Source: Selaginella moellendorffii
Lineage: Eukaryota > Plantae > Lycopodiophyta
Direction: 5' to 3'
Assembly: GCF_000143415.4 (NCBI RefSeq)
Contig: NW_003314269.1
Coordinates: 1,309,544 to 1,373,543, forward strand
DNA: 64,000 bases
Each line of letters begins with the position of its first letter. The first letter of the stretch is position 1. A program made the translations under genes and the position numbers. The notes beneath the pieces are model-generated. The model made no database searches. It saw nothing but the letters and a program-made list of their open reading frames with translations, and had not been told where the DNA came from. Positions 28,520-40,547 of the stretch are shown here, piece by piece.

Positions 28520-28716
28520 TGATAACCAGGCAATGGAACCTAAACCTAACCTACCTTTCTGAAAATTTAAGGATTCACTCTTAGAGAAACTTTTCCTAAA
28601 TTTTCCCTTTCTATATGTGTGTTCCCTTTTCATAAATTATCTTGATACCCATATCCAATGTCTCTTTGTAGTTGGTTGGGCTCCAATACATCACCTTGCC
28701 TCGAGCCTAAGTCTGC

Positions 28717-29860
28717 TGTCGCGCATGTGACTTCGGGTATCGAAAGTTACCTGTCGACCAGTCCTTACGGACACTCTTACCTTACTGCCACGATGGCAGG
28801 AGGTCGGTATTGCTGGACCCTTTATCAGTCCCTCTTGTGCTAGTGGAGTTAACTGGGCATTTCAAGTGTACTTAGACCGGACGAGCATAAAGACGGAATT
28901 CCTACGTGTTATTAGCTAAGCATACTTAGCCCGGTAAGGAGTTCCCGTCTCGTTTTGTCTTGCACTTGCTAGTGACAAGAACCCTCGCGTATTGAGATTG
29001 GTCCCTCAATATCGCTACATGATAGCTTACCGTGTCTACCAAACACCCTCGCTATCATGCCCTTTGTGTTGGTCTTATTTCGGTCCCAAATGCTATTTAT
29101 GGAAAGTGTCCAGATTTGCTCATTTGGCATATCTACGGAATGTAGAGATTGTCCCTGAACACAATGGTGTTCGTCCCGTGTCCAAATTCGCAATCTAGGG
29201 ACATTCCATATTTAGTAAGTTTCGAGCTTGTCCCAAAGACTAACTCCTGATACTAAGGGAGGCTTGGGGTGAAAGCCCAAAGCGTGTGTTCCTCAAGGGG
29301 GGGGGGGGCTGTGGGGGGTTCCAAATGTATAGTAGGGATAGTGGGTAGGTCGGGCATAGCCGACCAACCTGAGGCATAGTCTAGCTCCCGCTTGCGTGCC
29401 TGTCCTTGTTCTGTGTCCGGCTTGGGTCTAAGCCCAAGTTCCATTCCATGCTAGTTGGTGGAGTACCCATATCCTCACGTTAGGCCACCGGTATACCGAA
29501 ATAGCGCCAGACTCCGTTTGGCTCCGTTTTGCGTGCTGGTCCTGGCATTGGGATGCTGGTTGCTCCAGGACTGTTCCAAGTCGCTCCAAGCTCCTGTCCC
29601 TTCGCTCCTTGGGCTTTATGCTCGGGAGTTGCTCTGTGGTTCGGTTCCTCCTTGGCTCCATGCTTGGGAGTTTGGCACCGTTCCTTCGTTCAGTGGCCCA
29701 AGGCCCTGAACTTCGGGTTCCTATGGACACGTGGCATGGACACGTGGCATGTGACACGTGGCATCTGTCACGTGGCACAAAGAGGGTTTAGGTTCTGCTT
29801 CGTGGTGTTATCCTATGGTAAATCACCATAGGATAAAGGGTCAAAACCACGTGCGCTACA
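28717..29860 (+). repeat. 5' LTR of the LARD
   Basis: tgtcgcgcatgtgac...cacgtgcgctaca. Confidence 0.95.
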
Positions 29861-29862
29861 TT

Positions 29863-29873
29863 TGGTATCAGAG
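29863..29873 (+). promoter_or_regulatory. Primer-binding site, tRNA-iMet
   Basis: TGGTATCAGAG, 2 nt after the LTR. Confidence 0.9.
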
Positions 29874-32800
29874 GATGAGTCTCAGCGAGTACTATTCAAT
29901 GAGATTGGGCAACTAGTCTCGTTGCATACGCAGAGATGAAAACGATGATCCGAGTGGGTACACATTTGGTATTAGGGTTCACATTCGTTCCTTGGGTATG
30001 GTTTTGGTTACCTTTTGTACCATATTCTGTGAGCTTGAGCTTGGGCTCACAAAAGGGATTGAGATGCTCCGTTAGCACGAGTTTACGCTTGGGCTCGTGA
30101 GTGAGGCACATTAGCAACTCGAGGATACGCTTTGAGTTGGCAGGATTAATGTTAGCCTATCGGTGGTTCCATGAGTTGTTCCAGTGGTTCTATGAGTTGT
30201 TCTATATACCGTGGGTGAAAGCAAACCTCCTTGAGTTTGCTATGAGTGGCAAATAGGCTGGTCCGTAGCTGTTTAGCACGGCACTAGTGGATCCTTCCTA
30301 GGCATGGTTACAAGTGGATCAGTCAAGACTGTAGGGATTAGTCTATTGGTTCAAGTAATCATTGCCGTGCTCTCTCATAAACTTTTCTTGGATTGGACTG
30401 AAGGTAGTGCGAAAGCAAGCTTGAGGTTTAGTCAAAGATGAGGCCGAAAAGAGAGTCGTCAGGGACGAAGGATCAAACACGTAAATCATTTTCTTTTCTT
30501 GAAGAAATGATTTGCAATGAGGTGTTGACTCATTGCTCGTATTCACATCATGCAATCAAGAGTCCCTATTTTGATGCATGTTGGAGATGATGGTCTTATA
30601 AATGGTGAGTTATGGGATGGATGGCAGTGAAATGCTATACCATTTTGTTTAGGCTCGCGATTGGAAGACTTGGGTTGCAATGCTCAATTCTTTTCCGAGG
30701 AACCTAGCTATTGCTCCTTGAGTAGCTTGGTGTTGGGTTAAGTTTTGAGTTTGATCGGATAGCGAGTGGCATGAGCTTGTCTGTGTTGTGAACAAAAGTT
30801 AATGGTGTTAGGTGTTGTAAATCTCTATTGATGGGGTGTGGCATTTATGTTGCATTTTGTCAAATTGAGTTGACACTTGATATTCACATAAACCTTTGAA
30901 GTAATGACATTGGCATTGTTCATGGTGTTGCTCAATTGATGATCAAGTCATTGTGATACTTATATCATATCCATGTGATAATGAGCAATATGTTTACGAA
31001 GTTGCTTGGTTAGATGATGATCAACCCCAAAGTGGTTGATGGTGAAGCTAGTCTACTTGCACGAAGTAGCATTGTAGTAGCTTTGACTGGATTTTCGATG
31101 GTGGTCCATTATGCTAAGCTTAAGTTGGTTCCTTGACTCCTTGAGGATTTGCCCATAAGGTGTTGGAAAAGGGTTGTAGCATTCATTTGCTATGGCTTGT
31201 TGGTTTATCTGTTAGCATTTGGAGTAGATTATTGGATAGAAAAAGTGTGTAGTTAAAGCATTGATATCGCTAGCACTTGTGTTAGTGGAAGTGGCATTGT
31301 TGTTTCGAGTGATGAGGAATTTTCCTTAGAGCTTGATTTACCATGTCATTTTTCTTGTTAGTGTTTTAGCTTCACATTGGATTTTGAAGGTGGTTGAAGA
31401 AGAGTGTTAATGCAATGTGGATATTTGAAGATGTGGTCTTCGTGATCAAGCCTTGGATATTCCATTTGCACTTTTACGGATATCGGTGTTGGATGTTGAA
31501 AAAATGGGCAGAAAGATGTTCGAGGCTTAAGCATACTATAGGTCATGAGAATTTGTGTTGAGGTGAACCTATGTGAAGTTGTTAGTAGAAGGAAGTTGGT
31601 TGAGTTTTGAAGATTTGCATTCCTAGATTGAGAGTTATTCTTTCTCTAGGATTGGAAGATTTTCCACAAATTTTCTTAGACTTTTCCAATGGCTGATCTG
31701 TTAGTCACTTTGTCCGAAAACCATTCCGTTTTCATAAGCCAATACAAACTAGTGAAGGGGTTGGAGTTGACTTCGGTTAGCTTAGACCTTAGTATGTAGT
31801 TTGTATGATGCGGCCCGAAAAGGATGCTACCTTTTGGGGCTAAGGCAATTGAGTTGGATAGAGTCTGGAATTAGTGTAGAAAAGTGGCCGTTGCACTTTT
31901 TAGAAAGGTGACCCTTGTGCCTTTCTTTTGTAGCGTTATGCTTGGTGGCAGGTTGCACTTTGCATTTCGTTAGACTCTATGAGAGTAGTGAGCTCTCACT
32001 GATCTTGACTTGGTCTTGGTGGCCCTGTGCCTTGGCTGAGGATGGTGATGTTCAACTTAGTTGTTTGAGTTTGAGATGTTGGTACCCGTACTATAGCTTT
32101 GTCTATGAGGAGGTTGTGTACCGATATGAATCCATCTCTTGGTCTTCACTTTAGTTTCGACTGAGTGTTGATCATGCAAAGCTAGCCTCTTCAAGGTATG
32201 CTCAGAGCTAGTGGCTAAATGCATTGGTGAGCTTATCATGGTTGAGTTGGATTTGAGTGGTCATTTGGTTTGTGCTTGCCTATGAACTTTTATCTCATAC
32301 CTGGGGTATTACGTTCATGTTGGACAAGTATATGACTCGATGACGTGAGTTTAGTGTTTGGGTCTCGTGAAAGCAAGTTGAAAAAGTGATGGTTAGTTGC
32401 TTTGCGACTAATGGTTGCTTGTAGACTTCATCGAGGACTGTTAGACACTTGCTTTGCTTGATGAAGATTTAGCAGTGATGGGTTTACTTTACCGGATGGT
32501 GTTGCGGAGGATCGTGTCATTTGACTTACATGGGTTTTCCATGTTGGCATGTCGACTCTACCTCTGTTGATATCATTTGGTTGCGTTTAGTTCATGGTAT
32601 TGGATTTCATTGAGTCTTGGACGTGGTGATTCACTCCTTGAGGAAGTGTTATCTGTAACTGAGTTTTGCTAAAGGATTGGTCTCGGATACTAACTAAAGT
32701 ATCTTCGACCTTGGTTAGCTTGGTTGCTAGAGAGCTTTGAGTGGTGATACACTCATGCTTTCTTCTAGCTTTGTTCTAGTGTTGATGGCATTGAAGTGAT

Positions 32801-34870
32801 GCCTTGTCGTTGACATTGTTGATGTTAAGATTTTAGTGAAATGAGATGTCTCTCCGCAAGATTGATGTCAAGTTTCATTAGTTTTGATGAAGATAGTGTT
32901 GATAATTTGGCTATAGCTTTGTGTTATTAGCATTCGTGCATTTGCTAGTTAGCAACTGTGTTGATGTTCAAATGAACTGAGTGGCAAGTTTGAGTTAGTT
33001 ATGTTCTAGACGAAATTATTTAGTAGGGGTTAAGCTTTGGCTTTTCCTTGAAAAATGATTCAGTTGTGGACTATGCTAACTCTACAAGCGGAAGAGTTAG
33101 TGATTGATATTGGAAGGTTTGAATCTTTATTGGATTTGAGTTAGAATATATCGAACATTAATGATTCTTCTTGTGCTTGTTATGAAGTGAGTTACGTCTT
33201 GTTATAGATAGATTCATGGAGGATCATTTGGTGATCACTTGTTAAGCATAGTTTCGTTATGCTTAGCTTTTGGATTGATGCAGACATGCTCTTCATTAGC
33301 TTTGCATTATGAAGTTAGCTTATGGATGTGTTGAGGAGGATATTGTGGGTTGTACCATAATTTCTTCTTTAGCATTGAAGTTAGTTCATGCGAGACTCGT
33401 GATCATTGTTAGGCAAAAACTTAGCTATAGACTTCTTCAAGCTTTTGGTTCTTTGAGTTTATGCTCATTGTTCCATTTGTTAGGAGTTGTTGGGGAAGGC
33501 ATTTTAGCTCATTAGCTTCGATGTTGACGTTAGTATTTGCATCTGGCAATCATTGGTGATGATTGACTATCATCTAGGATAGTTAATTATCCTTATCAAA
33601 AAGTTTTGTTTGATTGTTGTTGATATAGAATGATTCGCTATTCTTCGGGGTAGTGGATTCTTTCTTAGACGATGATTATGCATCTCTTTATTGATGGGAT
33701 GATTGATGATCTTTCATGATTGTTAGTTGTTCTCTTTGATGGCTTGTGGCTTTTCACAATATCACATGTTCTTTGTGATTTGCTCTGGATTGGTCTCTTG
33801 GGTTTGAGACATTAGTAAGATGTTGCTGACACTTGCTTAAGCAACTTCAGTTCCTTAGTATTGTTGACCGGGATCTATTTAGATTGGCTTTTGCGATAAT
33901 TAGCATGAACGAGTGTTTGTTGGTTTTACCATATTCATTCTGTTCTATTGATCATTGCTTGAGTTTGTTCTGATAGATTGGAATGTTATTTCCTCCGGGG
34001 GATACATTCGCGAGCATTTTGCTTGCTTGTCGATGATACTTGGTGTTCTTTGAGTTATCTTTCGTAAGTTGTTTAGCATACTATCTGCCATCTTCAGTAG
34101 TTAAGTTTTGTCATTGAGTTTTCTCGATGATACGCTTGCTATTGAGTTTTGTTAGATGGTGATTCCTATGTTTACCACTTATGATGATCTTGGTGGTTCC
34201 TATCCTGTACTATATTACTAGTTTATCGGATGATAACTTGCTTAGAATACTTTTGTGTTCTACTCTAAGATATAATCACTGATAATTAAGCTTCTAAGAT
34301 ATCATTGTCTCTGACTTTGATATTGTCCATCTATTGATCTTTGAGTTTGGGCCAGTATAGGCAGACTGGCTTCGGCACTTCGTGTGCATGTTGAAATCTC
34401 TAGTCATGGGGTAGCTACTGTCGACTGGTCACATAACCCGCCTCTTTGTCGATGTTCCTTATTCCGTTAAAAGGGCATGACCGTGTAAACAACTCTAACT
34501 GCCTGTTTACAATAGTCTATCTAAACCTTACCGACGGGTTTGGTTTCTTTGCTCAGGAGGGTTGGGGCCTCTGGCTTCTCTCTCTATGTCTCTGCGGGCA
34601 GGGCATATCACACTTTTGTAAGCTGGGTGACTCCCAGAGCAACAAGGGTGGCTGACTCCGTTGGTCATTTCTTTGTCGGCGACGGCCGGAAGGTGTCTGA
34701 GCTGGTAGCGCATCCGCGTTAGACAAAGAGGTTACCCCTAACTCATTTAAGTTGGTGCATTTCTCACATAGTGTGAGTACCGTGAACTTTTTCTGGAGTT
34801 GTTTCCTTGGCGGTATTCTAGACTCGAGTATGCATCGACGAGGACGTCGATCTTCCCAAGGGGGGGAGAG

Positions 34871-36026
34871 TGTTGCGCATGTGACTTCGGGTATCGAAAG
34901 TTACCTGTCGACCAGTCCTTACAGACACTCTTACCTTACTGCCACGATGGCAGGAGGTCGGTATTGCTGGACCCTTTATCAGTCCCTCTTGTGCTAGTGG
35001 AGTTAACTGGGCATTTCAAGTGTACTTAGACCGGACGAGCATAAGGACGGAATTCCTACGTGTTATTAGCTAAGCATACTTAGCCCGGTAAGGAGTTCCC
35101 GTCTCGTTTTGTCTTGCACTTGCTAGTGACAAGAACCCTCGCGTATTGAGATTGGTCCCTCAATATTGCTACATGATAGCTTACCGTGTCTGCCAAACAC
35201 CCTCGCTATCATGCCCTTTGTGTTGGTCTCATTTCGGTCCCAAATGCTATTTATGGAAAGTGTCCAGATTTGCTCATTTGGCATATCTACGGAATGTAGA
35301 GATTGTCCTGAACACAATGGTGTTCGTCCCGTGCCCAAATTCGCAATCTAGGGACATTCCATATTTAGTAAGTTTCGAGCTTGTCCCAGAGACTAACTCC
35401 TGATACTAAGGGAGGCTTGGGGTGAAAGCCCAAAGCGTGTGTTCCTCAAGGGGGGGGGGGGCTGTGGGGGGTTCCAAATGTATAGTAGGGATAGTGGGTA
35501 GGTCGGGCATAGCCGACCAACCTGAGGCATAGTCTAGCTCCCGCTTGCGTGCCTGTCCTTGTTCTGCGTCCGGCTTGGGTCTAAGCCCAAGTTCCATTCC
35601 ATGCTAGTTGGTGGAGTACCCATATCCTCACGTTAGGCCACCGGTATACCGAAATAGCGCCAGACTCCGTTTGGCTCCGTTTTGCGTGCTGGTCCTGGCA
35701 TTGGGATGCTGGTTGCTCCAGGACTGTTCCAAGTCGCTCCAAGCTCCTGTCCCTTCGCTCCTTGGGCTTTATGCTCGGGAGTTGCTCCGTGGTTCGGTTC
35801 CTCCTTGGCTCCATGCTTGGGAGTTTGGCACCGTTCCTTCGTTCAGTGGCCCAAGGCCCTGAACTTCGGGTTCCTATGGACACGTGGCATGGACACGTGG
35901 CATGGACACGTGGCATGTGACACGTGGCATCTGTCACGTGGCACAAAGAGGGTTTAGGTTCCGCTTCGTGGTGTTATCCTATGGTAAATCACCATAGGAT
36001 AAAGGGTCAAAACCACGTGCGCTACA
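34871..36026 (+). repeat. 3' LTR of the LARD
   Basis: Follows the PPT; direct repeat of 28717-29860 with one extra 13-bp GGACACGTGGCAT unit. Confidence 0.95.
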
Positions 36027-36029
36027 TCT

Positions 36030-36840
36030 ACAATCTTGAGATAAAGGGGTGAAATACATCCACGTCACCTATATCCATAATAAGGATCCTTTTGGGTCTA
36101 AACACATTACATACTCTTGAATAGTTTTTGTTTGCTTCAACCTATTTAGCTCATCTTTAAATACACAATAGCATTTAGGGTTATATAAGTCCTTATTTTC
36201 ATCATTTCCCAAGTCACCACTAGAAATTCATTGGCCTTTATTATTCTCTACCAAAACTTAGTGTTATCTATTAAGTATGGTTTTGCATATGGGACTTTTT
36301 CCAAGTTGGGTAACTGCAACACTCAAAAATAATCCTCCATATCATAAAACTAATCCTCCACTATTTTATTATTATTCACTCCCTTGAAGACTGATAGAAG
36401 ATTTGGTTTGTACTTGGGAATTGCTTGTGGGACAAACTCCACTTTGGTTTGCTCAACTTTTTTTAGTTCTACCTTAGTGCTCACTAAAGGGTTTACACCT
36501 TCTATATTATTTGCATCTACAGGTTTATGCCTTTTTCTTTGTTTTTCATCACACTTCAACTTCTCGAAGAGGGTCTCTAATAGAGCATTGGTTTGTGTTA
36601 TTTGTCTTTTTAGAGCATCCAACTATGCCTTGGACAACTAAACTTTGCTACCATACTTCTATTTAAAAGTCTCCCTATTAAAGTTTTCCTCATGTAAGGA
36701 TTCTTTATCCTTAACTTTTTATTCAACCAGAGGTTCCACCTCTAGAGGAGGTTCTGTCTCTACTTTAGTGCACTTACACCTTGCCCTTGCTGTCTCGTAA
36801 TGATCCACCTTTATTGAGAAAGAGGATTTGATACTAAATT
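36030..36840 (-). pseudogene. Degenerate retrotransposon gag-like fragment
   Basis: ORF 36350-36622 has a coiled-coil start and ends ...SVFKGVNNNKIVED*FYDMEDYF, which resembles a gag capsid start. A decayed Met-PBS complement (tttgatactaaa) lies near 36827. Confidence 0.4.
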
Positions 36841-39800
36841 GTAAGCCATAAATTTTCCTTTACTAATTTCCTAGTTTACCTTGTTTATCCAACCACCTTT
36901 GCCTTGGCTTTAACTAAGCTCCCTTGCCAAAGTTCTTGCATATTGTACCAACTTTAGCTTAGTCCATTTACTTATTACATAAGTACAAAAGTGTTAACCA
37001 ACTCTTTATATATTCCTAAACTCTCTCCCAATCACCCTTCCTTAGTTAGACTGGATTTAAGGTTTTGCTACATTCTCTATACACAATCAACCAAACACAT
37101 TAATCTTCTAAATTCCTAACATCCTATAATACACAAGACTTGTTCATGGGACCTTTTAAATCCCAAACCTTAAATGCATCTCTTAGTTTAGGACACTTAA
37201 GAGGAACACCATAGCTTAACACCCTAGTATAAATACCTCAACTCTCCACCTCCATCCTAAAGAGAAAACTTAAGCCCTAATGAATAATGAGCCTCATAAT
37301 ATTCAAGTGAGGCATCACTCCACTTGAGTTTAGAGCACCATAGTCAATTTTCCTTTCGAGAGTAGAAGTTGCTCTTCTTTGAGAAGCCTCTTTAGCACTT
37401 CTCAAGCCCATGTTCACTCCCACCCAAGGCTATTAATCCCTAATCCTAACCCCAACTCAATTTGGAAACACCACTAAAGAATTCTTTTAAGACTAAGTCC
37501 TTAACTTCATTATCTCTACTATACTTTTAAAGCCCCTTACAACCTACCCCTCCCTAAGGGATGATCACTTTGAGTTTTCACCCCATGACTTATATTAATA
37601 TTTAGACTAGTTTTGGACTTGATTTTAATTCAATAAACTCTTTATTGTTCCAATTGTGATTTTGGGGATCCTTTAGCCTATGACACCTTGGGGAGTTGGT
37701 TTTTACAATAATGAGCAGCTTGGTAGCAATCATAGAGATATAAACAACAATAAGGGTATATATTGAACATAATTAGATCAATGTAAAAGGTTGGATAAAG
37801 AAAATATTATTTATAGAATTAGTGGTGTTATGGCATGTTGTGATAAAAATCTCACCAATAGGAAAGTGTATTCAAGAATAATTTATTATATAAAAAATTT
37901 ATATAGATTTATATATATAAGAAGTTCTCAACATATGGTGTGATTCTCCTAGCTAAAAAATAGAGTTAAACTTAAAACTTCTCAAGTCTATAGAATTTAG
38001 ACTTTTTGGGAAGTTAATACTACTCAAATCCATGGATGGTTAACCCCAAGTATTTTAAAACCTTTAACTGATTAAAAAACAAGGTGCACTCTCATGACTC
38101 TCCATGTGGATTAATCATATGGCATAAAGCCACTCTCAACAACAAACACGATGGATAGATGCCTATAATGAGGCTTCATGGCTAATATTTTATATCACCT
38201 TCAAAAAATTTTAAGTTCAAAAGATTAAAACACTCAACAAGGTAATGACAATTCTAGAGCTCTCATTTGAAGGGAGATGTCATTTTCTTGCCATAGTGAA
38301 ACACAAGTTCCTTGGCTTTTTTGGCATTTGGAACATCTTAGTTTATAAAGAGTTGAGTGGTTTAGGGTGAATAATTTATTTGGCATATGCTCAACATTAA
38401 TGCTATGCCTTATTGATAGCAACTTCCATACTCTCCAAACTACTAATTGGTGAAGTAGTGTACAAGACTATTTTTTGTGATGGAGGGATTTCTTAACTTT
38501 TAAGTGAAGCAAGGTAGACCATTTCTTCTATCATTGTTGATGAAACATATGTATGGTTCAACAGGATAAAGCTTCATCTATATTGGCAAATCTACAATTG
38601 GTTAAGGAGTTCTCAAGTGATGATAATATTTTGATGTTTGTATATAGGACTAAATAACAAAGCAATATTGGCAGAGTTTTGGGAGATGGGCACTCTCAAT
38701 GGTGATAGTCTTTGGTAAAATGAAATTAGATATACTATCCAAAAATCCCCATAAAATATAAGCTAATATAATTTGTTACTAACTGTAGCTCATTTTTATT
38801 AGTATATTTTATAGTCTGAAGGATTATTATAGTAAATGATTATAATTTCTACTGGCATCTAACATAGCAACCTCAACTAAATGTAAATAACAAAAATGAA
38901 CAATTTAAGATATAGTCTATTGGGGTTCAAATATAAAAGTGAATAAAAATGCCTTTTTTTTAATTGGTTAATTGGGATACATAAGATTAAACATCCTTGG
39001 GTTTGAGTAGCATTGGGATATGTAACATCATGGGAAGTCCAAAATCAAGAGATTACACTATTAAAACTTAAATAAAAAATAAAGATATAGTAAATATCCC
39101 ATTCATTTATATGACTATCTAATGATGTTTATTTTCCTCCCAAACATCACCACACATTTAGGTCATTTTTATGAGTGTAAAATTTGTGATTTATTTGTAG
39201 TTGTGGTTCATTTCTTGCAACTTAGAGGTGTATATCAATTACAGCGCACCCTAATTTAAGCACGGTGCTTCAATCAATTTTGCCCCTCATTTCTCACAGC
39301 TTGTTTGTAGTGCAGCACCCTAATCGAAATTGATTAGAGTGCAATGGCAAGTGTGATTGATTAAAGTGATCAATTAGATCACAGAGGCAAAACATTTTTT
39401 GAGTGCTTGAAGTGTTGAGTCTAGTGGATATTTGGCAAGCAATTAGATTTTATTAGAGTGGCATTCTTAATCACATGCTAAAGTTTTTAGCATTGCAATA
39501 ATTTATTGCGTTTGAGCTCATTATGAAAGCATTTTTCATTACCCTCATCAAGGAGACTGAAAACAAGATTAGTTAGTGGCATCCAAAATGCAATCAAAAT
39601 CTAGCTCCTATATTAGAAAATGTTACACCTAGAAGCCCTAAATCCAAACCTTGTTAACATGTCAAAAAATTTGACATGGAAATAAAATTTATATAATGTA
39701 TAAATTTATATTGACCTGGACTTTGCAATGCATACAAGGTGGGCACTAATGCATGTCCATATATAATAAAAAATTGTGCTTAAAATATCATTTTATGAAT

Positions 39801-40547
39801 CACAATTATGTGTTACAACAATTTATGCACATATGTTTTTTTTGTGTTAGTCTATAATAATCTAATAGAAGCCAAATATTCATTTTTTATCTCTTAAAGG
39901 AGAAGATGGATATTCATATATTACCCTACCTATATAATATGCTAATTATAGTACAATAGTATACAGATGATCAAATTTGGTCCATCTAAGCAAATTTAAT
40001 ATACCTATTCTATATCTCAAGCACTTATAATATAATTAATTGGGTTTTTCCCTTAAAATAGTAATACTATTATATAATATTTTCTCAAAACCATCTCTAA
40101 TTACTAAGATAATTAAGAAATGGTTAGGAAAATATAATTAGTAAAAAAATTGAAAATTTTAAAGAACAACATCTATTATATTAAATCTAAAACTCATCTA
40201 AAAATTTATTTAAATGTAAACAATTAAAGAAAATAATAAAGGACAATAAGAGTTCAAATATAGAAGGAAAGTGTTTATGAACAAAAGTCTCACATATATC
40301 ACATGTTTTCACCTTTTGTTAGATGTACTAGAGTAATGCGCAAAAAACTCAAAATGACACTTTCAAAGTTGAATCAGAGCCTTGGTCTATGAAGATAGAG
40401 ATGTGCCCTGATCCAAGCGCTCCAGGCCTTGTGAAAGGCACTGGACGACTAGGAACCTAGATGTAGACTTGAACAAGTATTAGCCACTGTTCCTTCAAAT
40501 CTGCCTCCAAATCCACCACCCAACCCCCTCCCATCCCAAATCCGCCT

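Larger units (their letters stand above)
28717..36026 (+). mobile_element. Young non-autonomous LTR retrotransposon (LARD-type), 7.3 kb
   Basis: Nearly identical TG...CA LTRs of about 1.15 kb, PBS TGGTATCAGAG, PPT aaggggggggagag and TSD tctgc/tctac. The 5-kb interior has no ORF of 100 aa or more and no recognisable pol motifs. Confidence 0.92.

Noticed and set aside
28658-35957. Short ORFs duplicated in the two LARD LTRs
   Set aside because: They are duplicated only because the LTRs are, and show no protein features.
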